From NCBI GenBank assembly GCA_051942245.1, contig JAVECL010000066.1, positions 1 through 63,886 on the forward strand: a stretch of DNA of 63,886 nucleotides, written 5' to 3'. This DNA is from Trypethelium eluteriae (lineage: Eukaryota). The notes beneath the pieces are model-generated. The model worked only from the letters and a program-made list of their open reading frames with translations. It ran no database searches and was not told the DNA's origin. The position numbers were made by a program, and so were the translations under genes. This document shows, one piece after another, positions 12,148 to 27,082 of this stretch (position 1 is its first letter; every line of letters starts with the position of its first letter).

Positions 12148-12252
12148 TTTGGAATTCTGGACGGAATGTTAGGCACGCCCGTGAAGCTAGTCGTACATCG
12201 TGGTGGGCATTGTTGTGCTATGTAAACATCGGCGTTTCGGTGCTCCGGTGGA

Positions 12253-12279
12253 TGACGCGCCTCACGTGACTGCGCGTCA
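12253..12279. promoter_or_regulatory. Inverted repeat TGACGCGC...GCGCGTCA around a TCACGTGA E-box, upstream of SMC4
   Basis: Sequence TGACGCGC-C-TCACGTGA-CT-GCGCGTCA about 105 nt 5' of the SMC4 ATG. CGCG cores resemble MCB elements and TCACGTGA matches a Cbf1/bHLH site. Function is inferred. Confidence 0.5.
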
Positions 12280-12828
12280 AGCTCAATGACAGTCAATGCG
12301 CAGATAAAATCCAGTACACGCTACGGAGTAATTTACATTGTGTTGTGTTCTCCCCAATTTTGTTTGAGTCTTGTAATCGGTCTCAAAAGATGCGCCCCGA
12401 ATACAAGCACCCGAAAATATTTGAGTCTCAATACAAAGTCACAAGCTAGCATTGAGAACCAAATAACCACCCTTCGCCAGAGAAGAGGCTTGAATGAGTA
12501 TTGAGGGAACCGTTTGCATTGACACTGTTCTTATCTGTAATGCTTAGTCAAATGACCAACTACCAATCAGACAATGACCTCAGATCAGCAAGAGTAACCC
12601 CAACCGAACAATTCCGGCCTTCCTAGGCTCTAGTTGTTCCTCAAAGTACGGTACCGGAGTCCCCATCTCAGATGATTCTTCAGCTTGATTATTATTATTT
12701 AGAACAACATTACGATTTCTTTTGGAACACTGAAACTTGTCTCATCCCATGCGAAATTTTTGTACCGGAGCTGCCCCATTTCTTCCAATCGGCAATACAG
12801 AAACCTGAATCCCTACGCTCCTCGTTCA

Positions 12829-13353
12829 CTACGCAGCGCATACTGTCGTTGTCAGATCGGTGATCGTGCAAGCCTTGACCTGAATATTGCCCCCATTCGA
12901 ATAGCACGCTGACCCTGCCGAACCGGCTGCGCAATTGAACGTGAAGCAGCTGCTGTTGCTCGGAGCCAAGACGTTGTTGAAGTCCGCAAACGGGTTGCCT
13001 GCGTTGTTGGACAGATCGTAGTAGACGAGTCCGGCCTGTCCGTTGGGAGTGTACTCAACAGTCAGAGGAGATTCCACGGTATTATTGGCAGCAACTTTGA
13101 TCGCGGAACCAGTGGTGTAAGCCTCTGTATAGTTTGCACCTGAGGCAATAGTTTCCACAGCAGTCGATGCGCCTTGAGCGTGTCAGTTAGTGAGTATTGT
13201 GACGGTGGGCTCGGGGGTCAGCGTACCTCCATTGGTAGGGCTTGATATAATGAAAATGTCAAAAGTGCAATTGTTCAATACGACTGCGCTCTGTGCGCTT
13301 GTGCCAACCACCCAGGCGGCGAGGCCAAGCAATGCAGTCTTTGCGGAATACAT
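12829..13353 (-). CDS. Small secreted Bys1-like (thaumatin-like fold) protein
   Basis: Signal peptide MYSAKTALLGLAAWVVGTSA, then AVVLNNCTFDI, one intron (~13174-13226), then VEYT...VYYDLSNNAGNPF and Cys-rich C-terminus typical of Bys1 proteins. Confidence 0.75.
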
Positions 13354-14679
13354 TATGGGTAAATTTGAATGAAGTAGATAAAATCTTGTTCAACGGAAAG
13401 TGTGATGGAGGTATGAGTAATCTCAGAGACCAAAGCCAGGAATATGCGGGCCTTTTATCTCCGGACGAAATGAGACTGAAGCCATTAGAAGCTATGTAAC
13501 CTTACCTCTTCTATATCAGGGACAACTGCCCGAATTTTCGCTGCACGATGACAGTGCTTCCATGCTTGCACGGATGATTAGTTGAATTCTGCAGGGCTAA
13601 TCCTGTACTAGCATCACGAGTAATGCCTCCAAGGTGTGGTCCGCCGACATGGTCCGAAGATCTGATCAGATGCCATTTCCACCATTTCAGTCGAGTTATG
13701 CCCTTGTTATTGCCCTTTTGGAATGCTTGGCGAAACCTTGCCCCCGCAAATACGGCTGTATGCTACGTTCTCAGACTAGGAATTATAGGACCGGGGCTAA
13801 AATTGCGGGGTTGGTGCAGGCGGACAAAATGTCGTTGGTTACCAACCAATTATCAGAGCTATTTCCCGTACCCTCCATCAATAGTGGCAGTAACTGTAAC
13901 AGCGCGGTAAGTCACGAGAATAATCGAGAAAACGAAAAGTGGAGCAATGAGGGCTTGGCAAATTAGAAAAACCCGCAGGGACACTTTATTGTTTGCGTAT
14001 TTCGTATCTTGGAGAAAACATTTGACGTAGGAATTGAAGCGTGACGCAAGGGCTAAATCCAGTGACTGCTAGTACCTTGCATGGAGGCACTTGAGGTTGC
14101 GCAGAGCCGTAGTCTTGTGCAAATGTTTCTCTTCCAACCATAAAAATCTTCCCAACCTATGCCGACAACCGGATACAAGACAATCATTTACTCGGCAGCC
14201 TCTTGTTTTCTGTTTTCAGATCGATTTCTTCACTACCACGAGGAGACGGGTCCGCGCAGGAATATCGGGAATGGTATACGACGCCGCCACTTCGGTATAG
14301 GTGGAGGTGAAACCCAGTCAGGTCAGAGATTCTTGGACCCAACAGAGTTACAACCAAGATCAAGCGGAGATTCTCCTCAGCTTCTTGTCTGACAGTTTCA
14401 AAGTAAGACACGCCCTTAAAAGTGGCACAACGGTGTCGCTCGGGTCCTGCTCTCACACTAGCCAGATGAATGGTGCAACATGAGCCGCTCCCCGGGATGA
14501 GATTCTCGCAGCCCGTCGGCTGGAACCACGTTGGCCTGTGGACTGTGTCGAAGACAAACCAATGATTAAGGTGGCAAAAGTTTGGTCTCGGTGTAACATG
14601 TAAACGTGGAGCTGGTTCTTAGCAGACAGGAAGCGCCAGATAAGTAAGCTCAGAACACCAAGTGCTCCGTTACTCGTTA

Positions 14680-16357
14680 TCACAGCTTGGCCTTTAGTGG
14701 CTTTTGCTGTACAAGAGAATCAAGCGCCCTCGTAGTCTCCTCGGCAAGCGTCTTTTCTTTCAACCATTCGTCCACGATTAGCCTTGCAATGTTCATGCCC
14801 ATCAGGCTGCTAGTCTCCATAGTGCTGATGAAACCCTCAATTCCGCTGGTGTACCACAGGTTGCGGTCCAGCCTCAGTTCTTCGAAGGTCACTCTTGGAT
14901 ACTCATACGGATATGAATTCCAGACTTTGCGATGAATCCATGTCACATGGTCTTTGCTGATCTCATCCTTAATGTTATGTGGGTCCAATCCCAGAATCTG
15001 GGCAATGAAGTCAGATTGTGCGGGTTTTGGAGAGAATATTTTGTAGATGTATTCGGTTCTCGGAGGATTGGTGTTAGGATTTTGAGCTTCACGTAAAGTG
15101 CTGATACTGAAGAAGCCAGCTTTAGCATCATAATGAGGGTTCGCCCCTGGCTTTTCATCTGGTTGGAGCGTCGTCAAAATGATCTGAGGGACTGCTTCAC
15201 TAGGCTTCAAGCCGAATGCGGCAGGAGACAACGCATGGGGAGACGCGAACAACGTGACATGCAGTTCAACGTAGGATACTCTATCAGGTATTTTGAAAAC
15301 CGAAACGTCGAGGTGGATATTCGAAAACTGGTAGGGAGCGGCGAACACGACCGAGTCATACCTTTTCCTTGACGGTGTCATATCCAAGGTGTCCCCGGAC
15401 CTTGTCCAGTGGACTTCATATCCTTCATCTGGCAACTTCCGTAAAGTGGTCACATTGGTATCGAGTTGAATGTCGTTCGATGCAGAATGCGCCATGCGGT
15501 CGAATATCTGCCAATTACCTCCTTCAATTGACATCGCGCCATCCGTGGCCATGCAAACCATTGTCTCGACACCATGGATCAGTGGAAGGTTCTGTGCATA
15601 ATTCACGCGAGTGCTGGCCTGTATGATCTCTCGTGCAAACAGGTCACTGACGCCTTTCTCCTTCAAATACTGCTCTCCAGTAACCCCAGTAGCCTTGATT
15701 AAACCAAGCTCGGACAGAATGTCTGAAAGCGAGGACCATGGGAAGTTTGGCGCTTCGTACATCTTGAGGAATCTACCAACGACTTCTTTCATCAGGCGAT
15801 TTGTCTTGATCGGAGCCCAGCCGTATCGGTACAAAATTTTGGCCATGTTCCACCAGTCACTGTTCGCAGATGTCGTTATGACAAATTCTTCTCCATTCCA
15901 TATACCCAGTTGTGGACCACTTGAAGCAGTCTTCCCTTTGGACATGCCATCTGTCGAGAGATCGAAGTGCTTCGCAGCATCTACGAGATTCTTGTTGACC
16001 TGGACAAATATTGAGGCACCTAGCTCCACTGGTTCCGCGGGGTTATCCCACGCGTCGACGGTGGTAGAACGGCCACCAATGTAAGGGTTTCGGTCGAAAA
16101 TGGTGATTTTCACACTGGTGCCAGCTTCTGCAGCATATTGTTTGAGAAAGTAGGCTGCCGACGTCCCTCCAGCGCCGGCACCTGGACATCCAATCAGCGG
16201 GGTCTAGCTCGCCTCGATCAGGGTATTCACCAATTATTGCCACCTCCTTCGATGCCATTGTTGAAGCATCGTCAGCCCCAGTCTGGGTGGTGCGGAGGAG
16301 GAGCTGAAAAGGCGTGAATAGGCAGATTCCTGCGAGGAACTTCAAAGGCTGGAACAT
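14680..16357 (-). CDS. Prenylcysteine oxidase / farnesylcysteine lyase
   Basis: Exon 1 ends VAIIG. After one intron it continues AGAGGTSAAY...IFDRNPYIGGRSTTV, ELGASIFV, ASTRVNYAQN, YTSGIEGFISTMETSSLMG. Confidence 0.9.
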
Positions 16358-16656
16358 TGAGAATGTACCGCATTCAGTCCGATATGAGGTAACTCATGTA
16401 GACTTCGTACGATCAGTCAAGATCGATTTTCGCCATTTCGTCTGGAAAGATTGTTGATCGGAAAGGTTCACATTCCGAAGAGTTGAGCTGATGTCTCTAC
16501 ATACGGTAGCTAAATGTGCTGAACCAATCAGAGCCCCAGAAACCGCGGTACAGAACGAGCACTGTTTCCTTCCTCGCACCGTGCACCATACGCCAGACGC
16601 TTTGCATGCACAAACAATTCATACGGCGTGAACCTTGCCCTCCTTCGATATCAGAC

Positions 16657-18178
<1,522 letters not shown>

Positions 18179-18565
18179 GATGTCGGATGTTATCTGATCA
18201 CCTTATCAAGGCGTGCCGAAGTTTATTGGGTCGCCGATAGGATTTATGCTGGTCTTATGATTGGTAGCGATCTTTGTAGGCGCAAAAGGATTTGAGCTGG
18301 AAGACTGCCTGTCTCGCAGAGGAAGATTCGTTGTTCAAATCCGGACGGCTAAGGAGACTCGAAAATTCGCAAAACCGTGGGGACTAGTTGGAGGAGGGAA
18401 GGGCGTCGCTCCCTAGGTACCAAACGTGTTTTGGTGGCGGCCAGTTGAAGCGGATTGATCGTGATGTGAGCGTCCCGCGTTGCTCGGCAGCCCCCGCGTT
18501 TGCTGGCACGGCCGGGCAGACTTTCCCCGGCCAAACCACTTGCATCTTCCCATCTTCCTTCAACA

Positions 18566-19141
18566 ATGGCCGATGAGCAAAAGGAGCTTCAGGCTCTATC
18601 AGACGATTACCAAAATCTTCAAACAGGTAGGATAACGTACCAATCAATATCTCTAGCGGAAGCTGATACCATCCAGAACTACAATCTACCGTCCAAGCAC
18701 GACAAAAGCTCGAGGCTCAAGAACAGGAAAACAAAGGAGTGCAGAAGGTACTGTAAGACTTTGCTCGGTCGAAGCTGGCATCTGATTCGCAACCAGGAAT
18801 TCACAAAACTTGCCGATGATGCTGGAATCTACAAATTGGTGGGGCCTGTACTTCTGAAACAAGACAAGGTCGAAGCAACAATGGCCGTAGATGGCCGCCT
18901 GGATTACATTACCAAGGAGATGTTGGTCATACTCTGGCTACCTGAAATCTTTTGCAGTGTCAGCTAAACAGTATCAGAAAACGGGTGGAAGACCAGATTG
19001 CGGAAATTCAGAAGCGAAGCGAAGAGAAGAAAGTTGAGGTCAGTCTTGAATTCCGGCCCGGTACATGGGAAGCCATAACTGAGATCTCCCAAGATTATGC
19101 AAATACAAGCGCGAACGCAGCAATCCCAAGTGTCCTCATGA
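18566..19141 (+). CDS. YKE2: Prefoldin subunit 6 (Yke2/Gim1)
   Basis: MADEQKELQALSDDYQNLQ...RQKLEAQEQENKGVQKEF...IYKLVGPVLLKQDKVEA...VDGRLDYI across 4 introns. Stop TGA at 19139-19141. Confidence 0.9.
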
Positions 19142-19270
19142 CGAGACCTGCATGCTGGCAATCTGCATAGATTGCATCCCATTGACGGGATTTGAGAGTC
19201 CTACAACAAACAGACTTTGCAGCATGGCTTACCAATTTCCTTCCGGTCGCGAATGATGTGACTCGCTCTT

Positions 19271-19912
19271 TCGACCGATGAGGCTGCACGATTGGCTAGC
19301 GAGATTCGAAAGAGTTCTGGCCAAAACTCGAAGTTGTAACCCTTCTCTTTGGCTCTCACGGACCTCGGTCATTCTTTCCTCGCGTTTGCAACATATAGGT
19401 CCAACATGACATATCAAGCGTTCGAACACGTGGGTATGGCCTCGAAGACACAGCTTACGTCCTCGCCTGTCAGGTTCCATAGGATGCATTGAGAGTTGGG
19501 AATTTACTTCAATTTAAGGATCGTGTCTGTGACGACATCAAAGTCACCATTCTTGGGCTTCTCTCCGGAGATGAGCGCTTATTTCAAAGTCTCCTACTGT
19601 TTGGATGTGCTCGGATCGTCACTTCATGCACCAGAGACATCCACGAGTGGACTCACTGCAAATAAAACCGAATGTCTCTAACTCATCTCCAGGCAGATTC
19701 AGATGAGTCTTTGATTCTTTCCAGGTCCGGCAAAGCGTTGCTCTGAAGACGTCTGAGCTGGAGCAAAGGAATTGTTCATGCATGCGGAGAAGGACATTTG
19801 TCGATTGGCCAACACAAAATGCAGCTATCTGACTCATGCGATTTGGGATATCCACCAGTGTCGGTGTTAAGATCACACGTCCATTGTGAGATAGCTGATC
19901 CCGGTCTTTCAC
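19271..19912 (-). pseudogene. Degenerate BTB/POZ-domain gene
   Basis: VG...MHEQFLCSSSDVFRATLCRTWKES...LNLPGDELETF is a fungal BTB core. Downstream GEK...VVTDTIL*...VFEAIPTCSNA*YVMLDLYV...*...EFWPEL resembles the usual BTB tail but carries several stops. Confidence 0.6.
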
Positions 19913-20325
19913 CAGGATTCTCCTTATGCCTCAACGCTTCTTGAAGGTGGATGGGAAACAACGGTTATATACCTATCTCGGATAGCTTCGTGCAGTTGCT
20001 ATTGCGGTGTCGGCCGTGAAGGTGCCTTGGGTACAGCTACTCTGATAACAACATTATCCCCGGACCGCTCAAATGAACCCTTGAAACTTTGGTAAAATAG
20101 AATAAAGTAATATTCAAGATAGTATTTAGACAACAGGTATTTCATGACCCATACATAAGAACCATCGTCTCACTCCATGATAACCGCATACATTCATCAG
20201 TAGCGTGGTCGGTTTAGATGGTAACTGGCCGATAATTGGAACCCCTGATAACAATTAATTAAGCAGTAAGCTTTTGTAGATGGTCCATTAGGAGAGACAA
20301 CTGTTCGGGTATATGATTAGCCTTT

Positions 20326-21577
20326 CTAGACAATTGATACCTGCGTAGTCTTTTCAATCTCCATCTGATTTCTTGCTTGGAGCTCATTATGACCTTCAGC
20401 GAGGTGGCTCTCCTTTGCTGGCACCACTGTTTTAAACGAGTCACCTGAACAGACCAGGCCCGAATCCTTCTGAGAGCTCTTCGTCAACGATGGAGAGTGT
20501 TCGCTACTACGGTTAGAGAAGAGAGAGTGAAATTTCCACGAGCCGAACCAGGTCTTTAGCTTGTCAAACGAAAGTCTATGTCGGTGACGCCCCTGCTGCA
20601 GGAAACTTTCACGACTCTGTTTTCCGCGCAGAATGGAATAGAGAGGGGCAAGGGTAGGTATACATGCCGCAATAACGATGATCCAGTTCTCCGTGATGTA
20701 CCAGTAGACAAGGTCAGTGGCGTCCCAGGTAAAGTCCGGCGTAGCAAGATTACGAAGCTCTACGGTCTTTATGCAGGCCGCCGCTGCGGCGACAACACCT
20801 AGGCTCAGAACTGCAGCGAGACCAAGCTTGACTCTGAGCTTCATCTGCAGCTTCCAGATGATTGGAACAGGAAAAATGGCAAGTGCGAGATCACTTGCTG
20901 AGGAGAATGCTGCAAACTAATTGTCAACACATTCAGTCGGACGGAGTCCATTGCATGCATATCATACCGCCTTGGAAGTATCCATAGTTCTTCTGAACGT
21001 CTGGACTCCAACACTTGCCCGCATATCCCACGTGCGGATTTAATTTGTCCCAAAGAAATGTAACAGGCCTGCACTGTGCAAAGGTGATGATTGTGAGAAG
21101 GAGATTCACTATGAATAAAGTAATGATCAAGCACGAAAGGAAGATCTTTCCGGCTCGATTTCGATTGATAATTTGCATCAAGAGTAGGGAGATGGAAATT
21201 TTGCCGAAACATGCGCTCATAGTTGAGAACGGAACCGTGAGCCAGATTATTTTCACAGCACTAATGACGTCCTGGGGCTCGAGATGAATAGCGTGTCGAC
21301 CGACTCCAAAATTGACCTCCAGAGTGACCAAGATCGTCGTTACAAGCGCCAAAATCTTGCACAACAATCAGCTTGTGTTCATGCCAAATTTATCCCGGCT
21401 TACAGTTGCGAAGACCATGGTCCAATCGTCCCATCCCATATTACGGACAATCCGTGATCGAGTATAGATTCTTGCAGATAGAACTACAAGACCCACCCCA
21501 GCCTCGATCCAGCTGACAGCAAGGATACCCGGCCCTTTGTTGAGGTTTGGAGGACCATAGCTTGCCGTCGCTTCCAT
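20326..21577 (-). CDS. PTH11-like (fungal rhodopsin-domain) integral membrane protein, no CFEM domain
   Basis: ARIYTRSRIVRNMGWDDW, GVGRH, KISISLLL, AQCRPV, SDLALAIFPV, ENWIIVIAACIPTLAPL. Seven hydrophobic segments over 3 exons. Confidence 0.88.
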
Positions 21578-22733
21578 ATTTTGCGGTATGAACCTTGGAA
21601 CTCGTCGACGAAATGATAGCACAACTCGCTGTGTGTCTTAATTTATTTAGTAAGTCAGAAGCATACGAGATAATGCTTAAAGGGAGGGTGTGGTAGATAT
21701 TTGAAGATGAAGAGCCCTAGCGGACGATATCTGTTTCTCAGCTGTAGTACTGTTGGACATTTGAAGATCAAGAATAGACTGTACTTGGGCTGACTTAGCC
21801 TAAGAATCCTGCCGCTCTTCCAATATCAGCCAGTCAAGAGATACATCATCCTCCATGCAATACGAGCTTTCACCTACGGGGGTTTGTGAGCAAACCTTAA
21901 GGGTACTCTAGTCGATCCTGCCGGGCGTCAAAGACACATCGGAAAAGATCTACTGGAAGAGAAGCCGAAGCCTGGGCTCATTTCATCGTTGCTATGTTCA
22001 GCTGACCCTACGCCACGATATGCTTCAACTTATCTCACGATGCTTTGGAAAGCTGGTCAGATCGAAACAACCCTTCTTCACCGGTCGTAAGAAAGCCTAC
22101 CCACTAGCAGAACACAGCTTTCCCCAAAACTTCATGTTTTTTCAAGAGCTGTATTAGTTAGACATCTCAATTGAAGAGCTTCGTATGTTGTTGACAGCGT
22201 TAATGACGCCAAGGTGCAGTTGGACTGATTGGCGTGTTTGTAACCTACCCGTCTCTATTCGTTTCCAAGTCAGACCCGACGTATGAATGCCCCGTGAAGG
22301 CTACTCTACAGGAAGATCATTTTCAGCTGAAGACACTGTCATTCGGTTAACGATGTTTGTCCTGTGCCGCTTGAGCCAACTTAATCTGTCCGGGTAGAAT
22401 AGGCTGTTATCGTGCTCTATCGTACGCACGGATCAAAAGATACCAAAACCCGGATGTAGTTAGCCGTAGAAGTAAAACCCCCACGCAAGATATTCTTGTA
22501 CACAGGACTCTAATAATTCAAATCAGAACATATTACATAGCATATCTGAGGAGTTCTATAGATGATGATTTCAAAATACTCTAAAGTCTCGTTCAAGATA
22601 AATCCCTTTACAGTACTCTCCTCCAAGATGGTTGAATCCCTTATACAAAAACTATCCGTGCGCAACAGCCCGCGGTAGCCGGACAAGGGATACGGTAGAT
22701 AAGCGGTAAACAGCAGTTTCTGTGATGCTATGT

Positions 22734-22753
22734 TACCTCAGGTACCTGAGGTA
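22734..22753. repeat. Perfect 20-bp palindrome TACCTCAGGTACCTGAGGTA
   Basis: Read directly. It overlaps a 9-bp tandem unit (GGTACCTGA x2). Confidence 0.85.
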
Positions 22754-23907
22754 CCTGAAGAAGAGTACCTTAATGTAGAGTACCCCGGGACCCTCAAACT
22801 AATTTTTCTAGACCATTCCGCTGCTGTACATTATCTTGTAAAGCGCACTAGTAATGACGAGAACTTGATGATAGATTTCTTAAGCCGTTGAGGTTTCTCG
22901 TTCACGGGAGGCTTAAGATTTGCCAAAAAGAGCATGCAGTGACTTCGTCTTTGGTTGCAGTCGCGAGATAGAGTATCCAAGTAAATCACAATCTGCAACA
23001 TGCTAGGATCCTTGCTAAGGACCACGGATTACGATACGCTTGTTTTGATCGATCGCAAAGGGCCAGCTGCATACCAATCGATACGCCACCAACTTAAGTC
23101 TTCCCTGCTCAGCAGATTCGATAAAGTAGATATCCTCACGCCTTGCGCCAGCATAAGCTTAAGATTCAGCCCATGTGGGGCCCGAAAGCCCAACCCGAAC
23201 TCGCGAACGTTCTTCACCTTCTAATCCTTAGCAGATCCAACGCAACTCTCAGCATATAGCATATCGGTTGCAGACCTGATTCATTCTACACGCGAAGGTG
23301 TCTTCTGCAACGCTACCCATCCATTGAGTGGCTTTCCTCGGAGCTTCAGCAACAGAATCGAAATGCTTCCAGCCATGTTACACCCAAGCTGGGATTGACT
23401 GCAGATGTGGGGCACCACTGTGGCTCACAGATTCTGCGCCGCAAACAGGTCCCACATTCCGGATTGAACCAAGAAAATAGTAATCAGTGGGTGAAGCACG
23501 ATTTGGCCAATTGCACACCTCGCGTATCGGCAGCTTTGATGCATCCCTTCACCGGACTTACACAGTGTAGGAGACATACCCTCCAATTGACTCTGTTCGC
23601 TGTGAAACCTCCAACTTCCTAAGTGATGGTATATTCGCAGAAGATGATCTCTTGGATACACAAGTATGTTCCAACAACCTGGCTCGTCAATCTGCGCTCG
23701 AATCGGATAACCCCCATCTGGTGTGTCTTCAGCTCTCGAAGCATCGATGCTCTCATGGCGTATCTCCGCCTCCATTCGTGCCGCTCGGCATATTGCGAGG
23801 CTGAGACAAGACCTCCCGTCCTATGAATGGCCGAGAAAGTCTTAAAACACTCGCCGTCCCTATCCCATGGTGTGCAGAGTCAGCCGTTCCAAGATTTCTT
23901 GTGCAAA

Positions 23908-25278
23908 ATGGCCTCGTCAAGTATCAAATCTCGAATTGGTGCGCTTGCCACCGAGCTTGAATCGCTTTCTACAAACATTCAGGATGAGACCTTACGCAAG
24001 GAGCTCTTCGAAGTCGTCAATCACAGTGCCAACAGGCTCCAGCCGCCTATCGAAACTATCTGGAAAATGATCATGTCGGTGAGACTGGCGTCACGGCTGT
24101 CGTTGAAGCACGCGAAAATCCACTGACACTTTGATTGACATTAGCCTCATGCTCCTGCAGCCCTAATGGTATTGATAAGAATGGGAGTTGTCATCGACCT
24201 TGTTGAGGCTGGCAAGCCAAAAACTGCAAAGGAGCTTTCTACAAGCTGCGGTGGAGAAGAAATGTTGATTGGTAAATAAGGCTCCGGCCTCATGACACAT
24301 CTAACTCGAGGCTGAGCGCGTATATTGGGTAGTTCGATTGATGCGACCGCTTGTAGCCTTAGGAGTCTTCCGCGAGACGGACATTCAAACTTATGAGGCC
24401 ACGCCTATCTCACAGACACTAACAGCTCCGCCTCTTCTGGGCGGTTATCAATTCATGTACGTAACTTTGTGTATACGCGCCCATACTTCTCGAGGTTGAC
24501 ATTGTCATACAGGTTTGACCTTGCAACCCGTTCCCTAGCAAACATGCCCCGTTACCTTGAGCGAACGGGCTTCAAGAACGTCAGCGGCCCTCCAGGTCCG
24601 TTTCAGGATTGCAATCGTACCAACGATCTCATGTTTCCCTATTTGATTAAAGACCCACCAATGATGAGTAACTTCAATGCATTCATGGCTGGACAGCTTG
24701 AAACACGTCCACCCTGGTATGCCACATTCTCAGTTCAGGACATGATACTGGCAGGTGCAAAGACCGATGATCCTAGCGCCGTTCTACTTGTGGACGTCGG
24801 AGGCGGCGAAGGTCATGACCTCGCATCATTCCATGAAGCCTTCCCGAACGCACCCGGAAAGTTGATCTTGCAGGACACCGCCCCAGTCATCGATAACATT
24901 AAGCACCTAGATGCAGCAATTACCCGTCAGAAGCACGATTTCTTTACACCACAGCCAGTATGGGGTGCGCGTGTCTATTATTTCCGTACCATCTTTCACG
25001 ACTGGCCTGACAGTGACTGCGTCGAAATTTTGCGACAAACTGCTGCGGCGATGACATCTCGTTATAGCAAGTTACTGATCTTTGAATGGGTGCTTCCAGC
25101 CAAGGGTACTCCACTCTATCCGGCTCTGTTGGACATAAATATGATGGCCCTATTGAATGGCATGGAGCGCACGGAAGCTCAATGGACAGCTCTGCTGTCA
25201 CAAGCGGGTCTAAAAGTGGTCAAATTCCATAAAGCTCGAGCCGACGCAGAAGGACTGATCGAAGCAGAGCTAGCCTAG
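23908..25278 (+). CDS. SAM-dependent O-methyltransferase (OmtA/COMT-type, secondary metabolism)
   Basis: 4 exons. Winged-helix dimerisation N-terminus (VRLMRPLVALGVFRE), LVDVGGGEGHDL, HDFFTPQPV, YYFRTIFHDWPD, ERTEAQW. Confidence 0.92.
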
Positions 25279-27082
25279 ACTTGAAGTGGATTTGGTTGAG
25301 TTAATCACACTGTCACACTAACGAACACATCTATTTCCCCAATCATTTTGGCGCACGTCATGCGCCTTGCATCATCGATTTGCTATCACCACAGTATTAA
25401 TGCTAGCACTGGCTTGATATTGTCGCATAAGTAGCAGTATTTCGGACTTAGACTAGAATGAATATTCTTGTCTTCTAAAAAAGCATAGACAGCGTTTAGC
25501 GATGACTTGGAATGTTTATAATATCCACTGTAAGCGAATGATAGAAGACCGCTATAGAATCTGCTACGCTTACATTCCTCGAGAAGCGTACCAGCATGGT
25601 TAAGTTGTGCGACTTTTCTAGTCTCTGTTATACGTGGTATGCACTATCTGCCGTCTTCTAGAACGCGGACGGTATAGACTGAGTTGGCGGGGAGGAGGTA
25701 AACACGTGGATGAGAGGTCTACTTCGGCCTTTCGAGAAGATCGGAGAATGGGACGAAGGTAGAACAGCTGGGGTGTTTCATGAATTACCTTGAGTAGAGG
25801 ACGGTTTTGGAGTCATCGAGAACGGGATTCAGGTCATACACACACAGCATAATCGCGCAATGCTCTCAAATACATTGTATCGAGTCAGTCGCAACAGATC
25901 TTTGGTACGCTGTTTACCGTTAAGTAAAGTCATGAGAATGAAACATCGACAGTCCGCGGGCTTATTGATCGTTACGACTGTTGAGGCAAATGTATGTATG
26001 TTGAGAGATGGTGGAGGTTGCGGAGACCCGCAAGTCAGGTAGCATACGGGTCACGTGCCCTTACCGAGACGAAATGCGCTACAGCCCCGATACGGCAGGT
26101 CACGTACTCCGTACAGCCAGGGAGTACTGAGAATAAGGGAGGCAATGCGTTCTGCTGGACGGAAATAAGTCTGCAGATTGCCCATATGTATAAGTTTCTC
26201 GCGACCTCAGGGCCGGCCTGAGCACGTTGCTTCGGGCTGAGCAACAGCCAAGCACGCGATGTGGGGTGCGCCGTCTCAACTTTAATTTCGGTTGCAACTT
26301 CTTACACAGCCTGCAGGGTCTTGACGATGCAGTTTGAGAGCAGGTTGTACGAGCAATTACTCCGTATGGCTCTTCTTTTCCAGGAGCTCTTGTCATTTCC
26401 CACTTTGTGCTCACCACCGTCAGCTCGCCATTCTTGCGTTTCGCTCATCTGGTTTGCTAATTGGAGGATTTTTGACAGACGAAACACGCCGCTTTAAGGG
26501 ACAAGGGTCCTCTTTCAATTCTTTCACTTAGGCTCTGGTACTTGGTCAGATGCACAGTCTCCTGTGGATAGGAGGACTAGATGATCGAAGTCTATATACC
26601 TACCTAGGGTAGGTAGCACCTAGTTTTAGGAAGTTCGTGATGCCTGTCCCTGCTCCTAAGACTACCGGAATGAAACATTCGTTGCGGGGTTGACAGGCCT
26701 TTTACTAAAATCCTCACGGAATAATTTATATTTTCATCGCAGAAATAACATCCTTGTCCCTCCATCCTTCCTCTCTACCCGCTATATTAGCCAGAGTTGA
26801 AACAATCCCAATTCCTATCTTCATATGTATCGAACAGACGAGTAAGGATGGCTGTGAATGCAGGATAATTCCATTCCGGAAATGCTCTTCTGCTGAGGCT
26901 CGATGCGAGTATTTCTCTCGTAGGTCCCTCTCATTACTCTTAATACCTCTTAAGCGCTCCAATTCTTTCGCTCTTCATCTGCTTCTCTCTGTCTTTGCTT
27001 CATCAATAAGACAATTTGGGACCTTTACCTCTTTCTCTTCTGGTCGTTGAAGCTTCATATTTCCTGTAACCGTTTCGCAAAC

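Noticed and set aside
7861..12296. Many overlapping ORFs within SMC4
   Set aside because: Alternative-frame or antisense shadows of a long coding gene.
23425..23775. 116-aa ORF with PDGGY and a nearby VGGF..NWR fragment suggesting an MFS transporter relic
   Set aside because: The motifs are too short, lie in different frames, and have no run of TM helices. Not supportable without a search.
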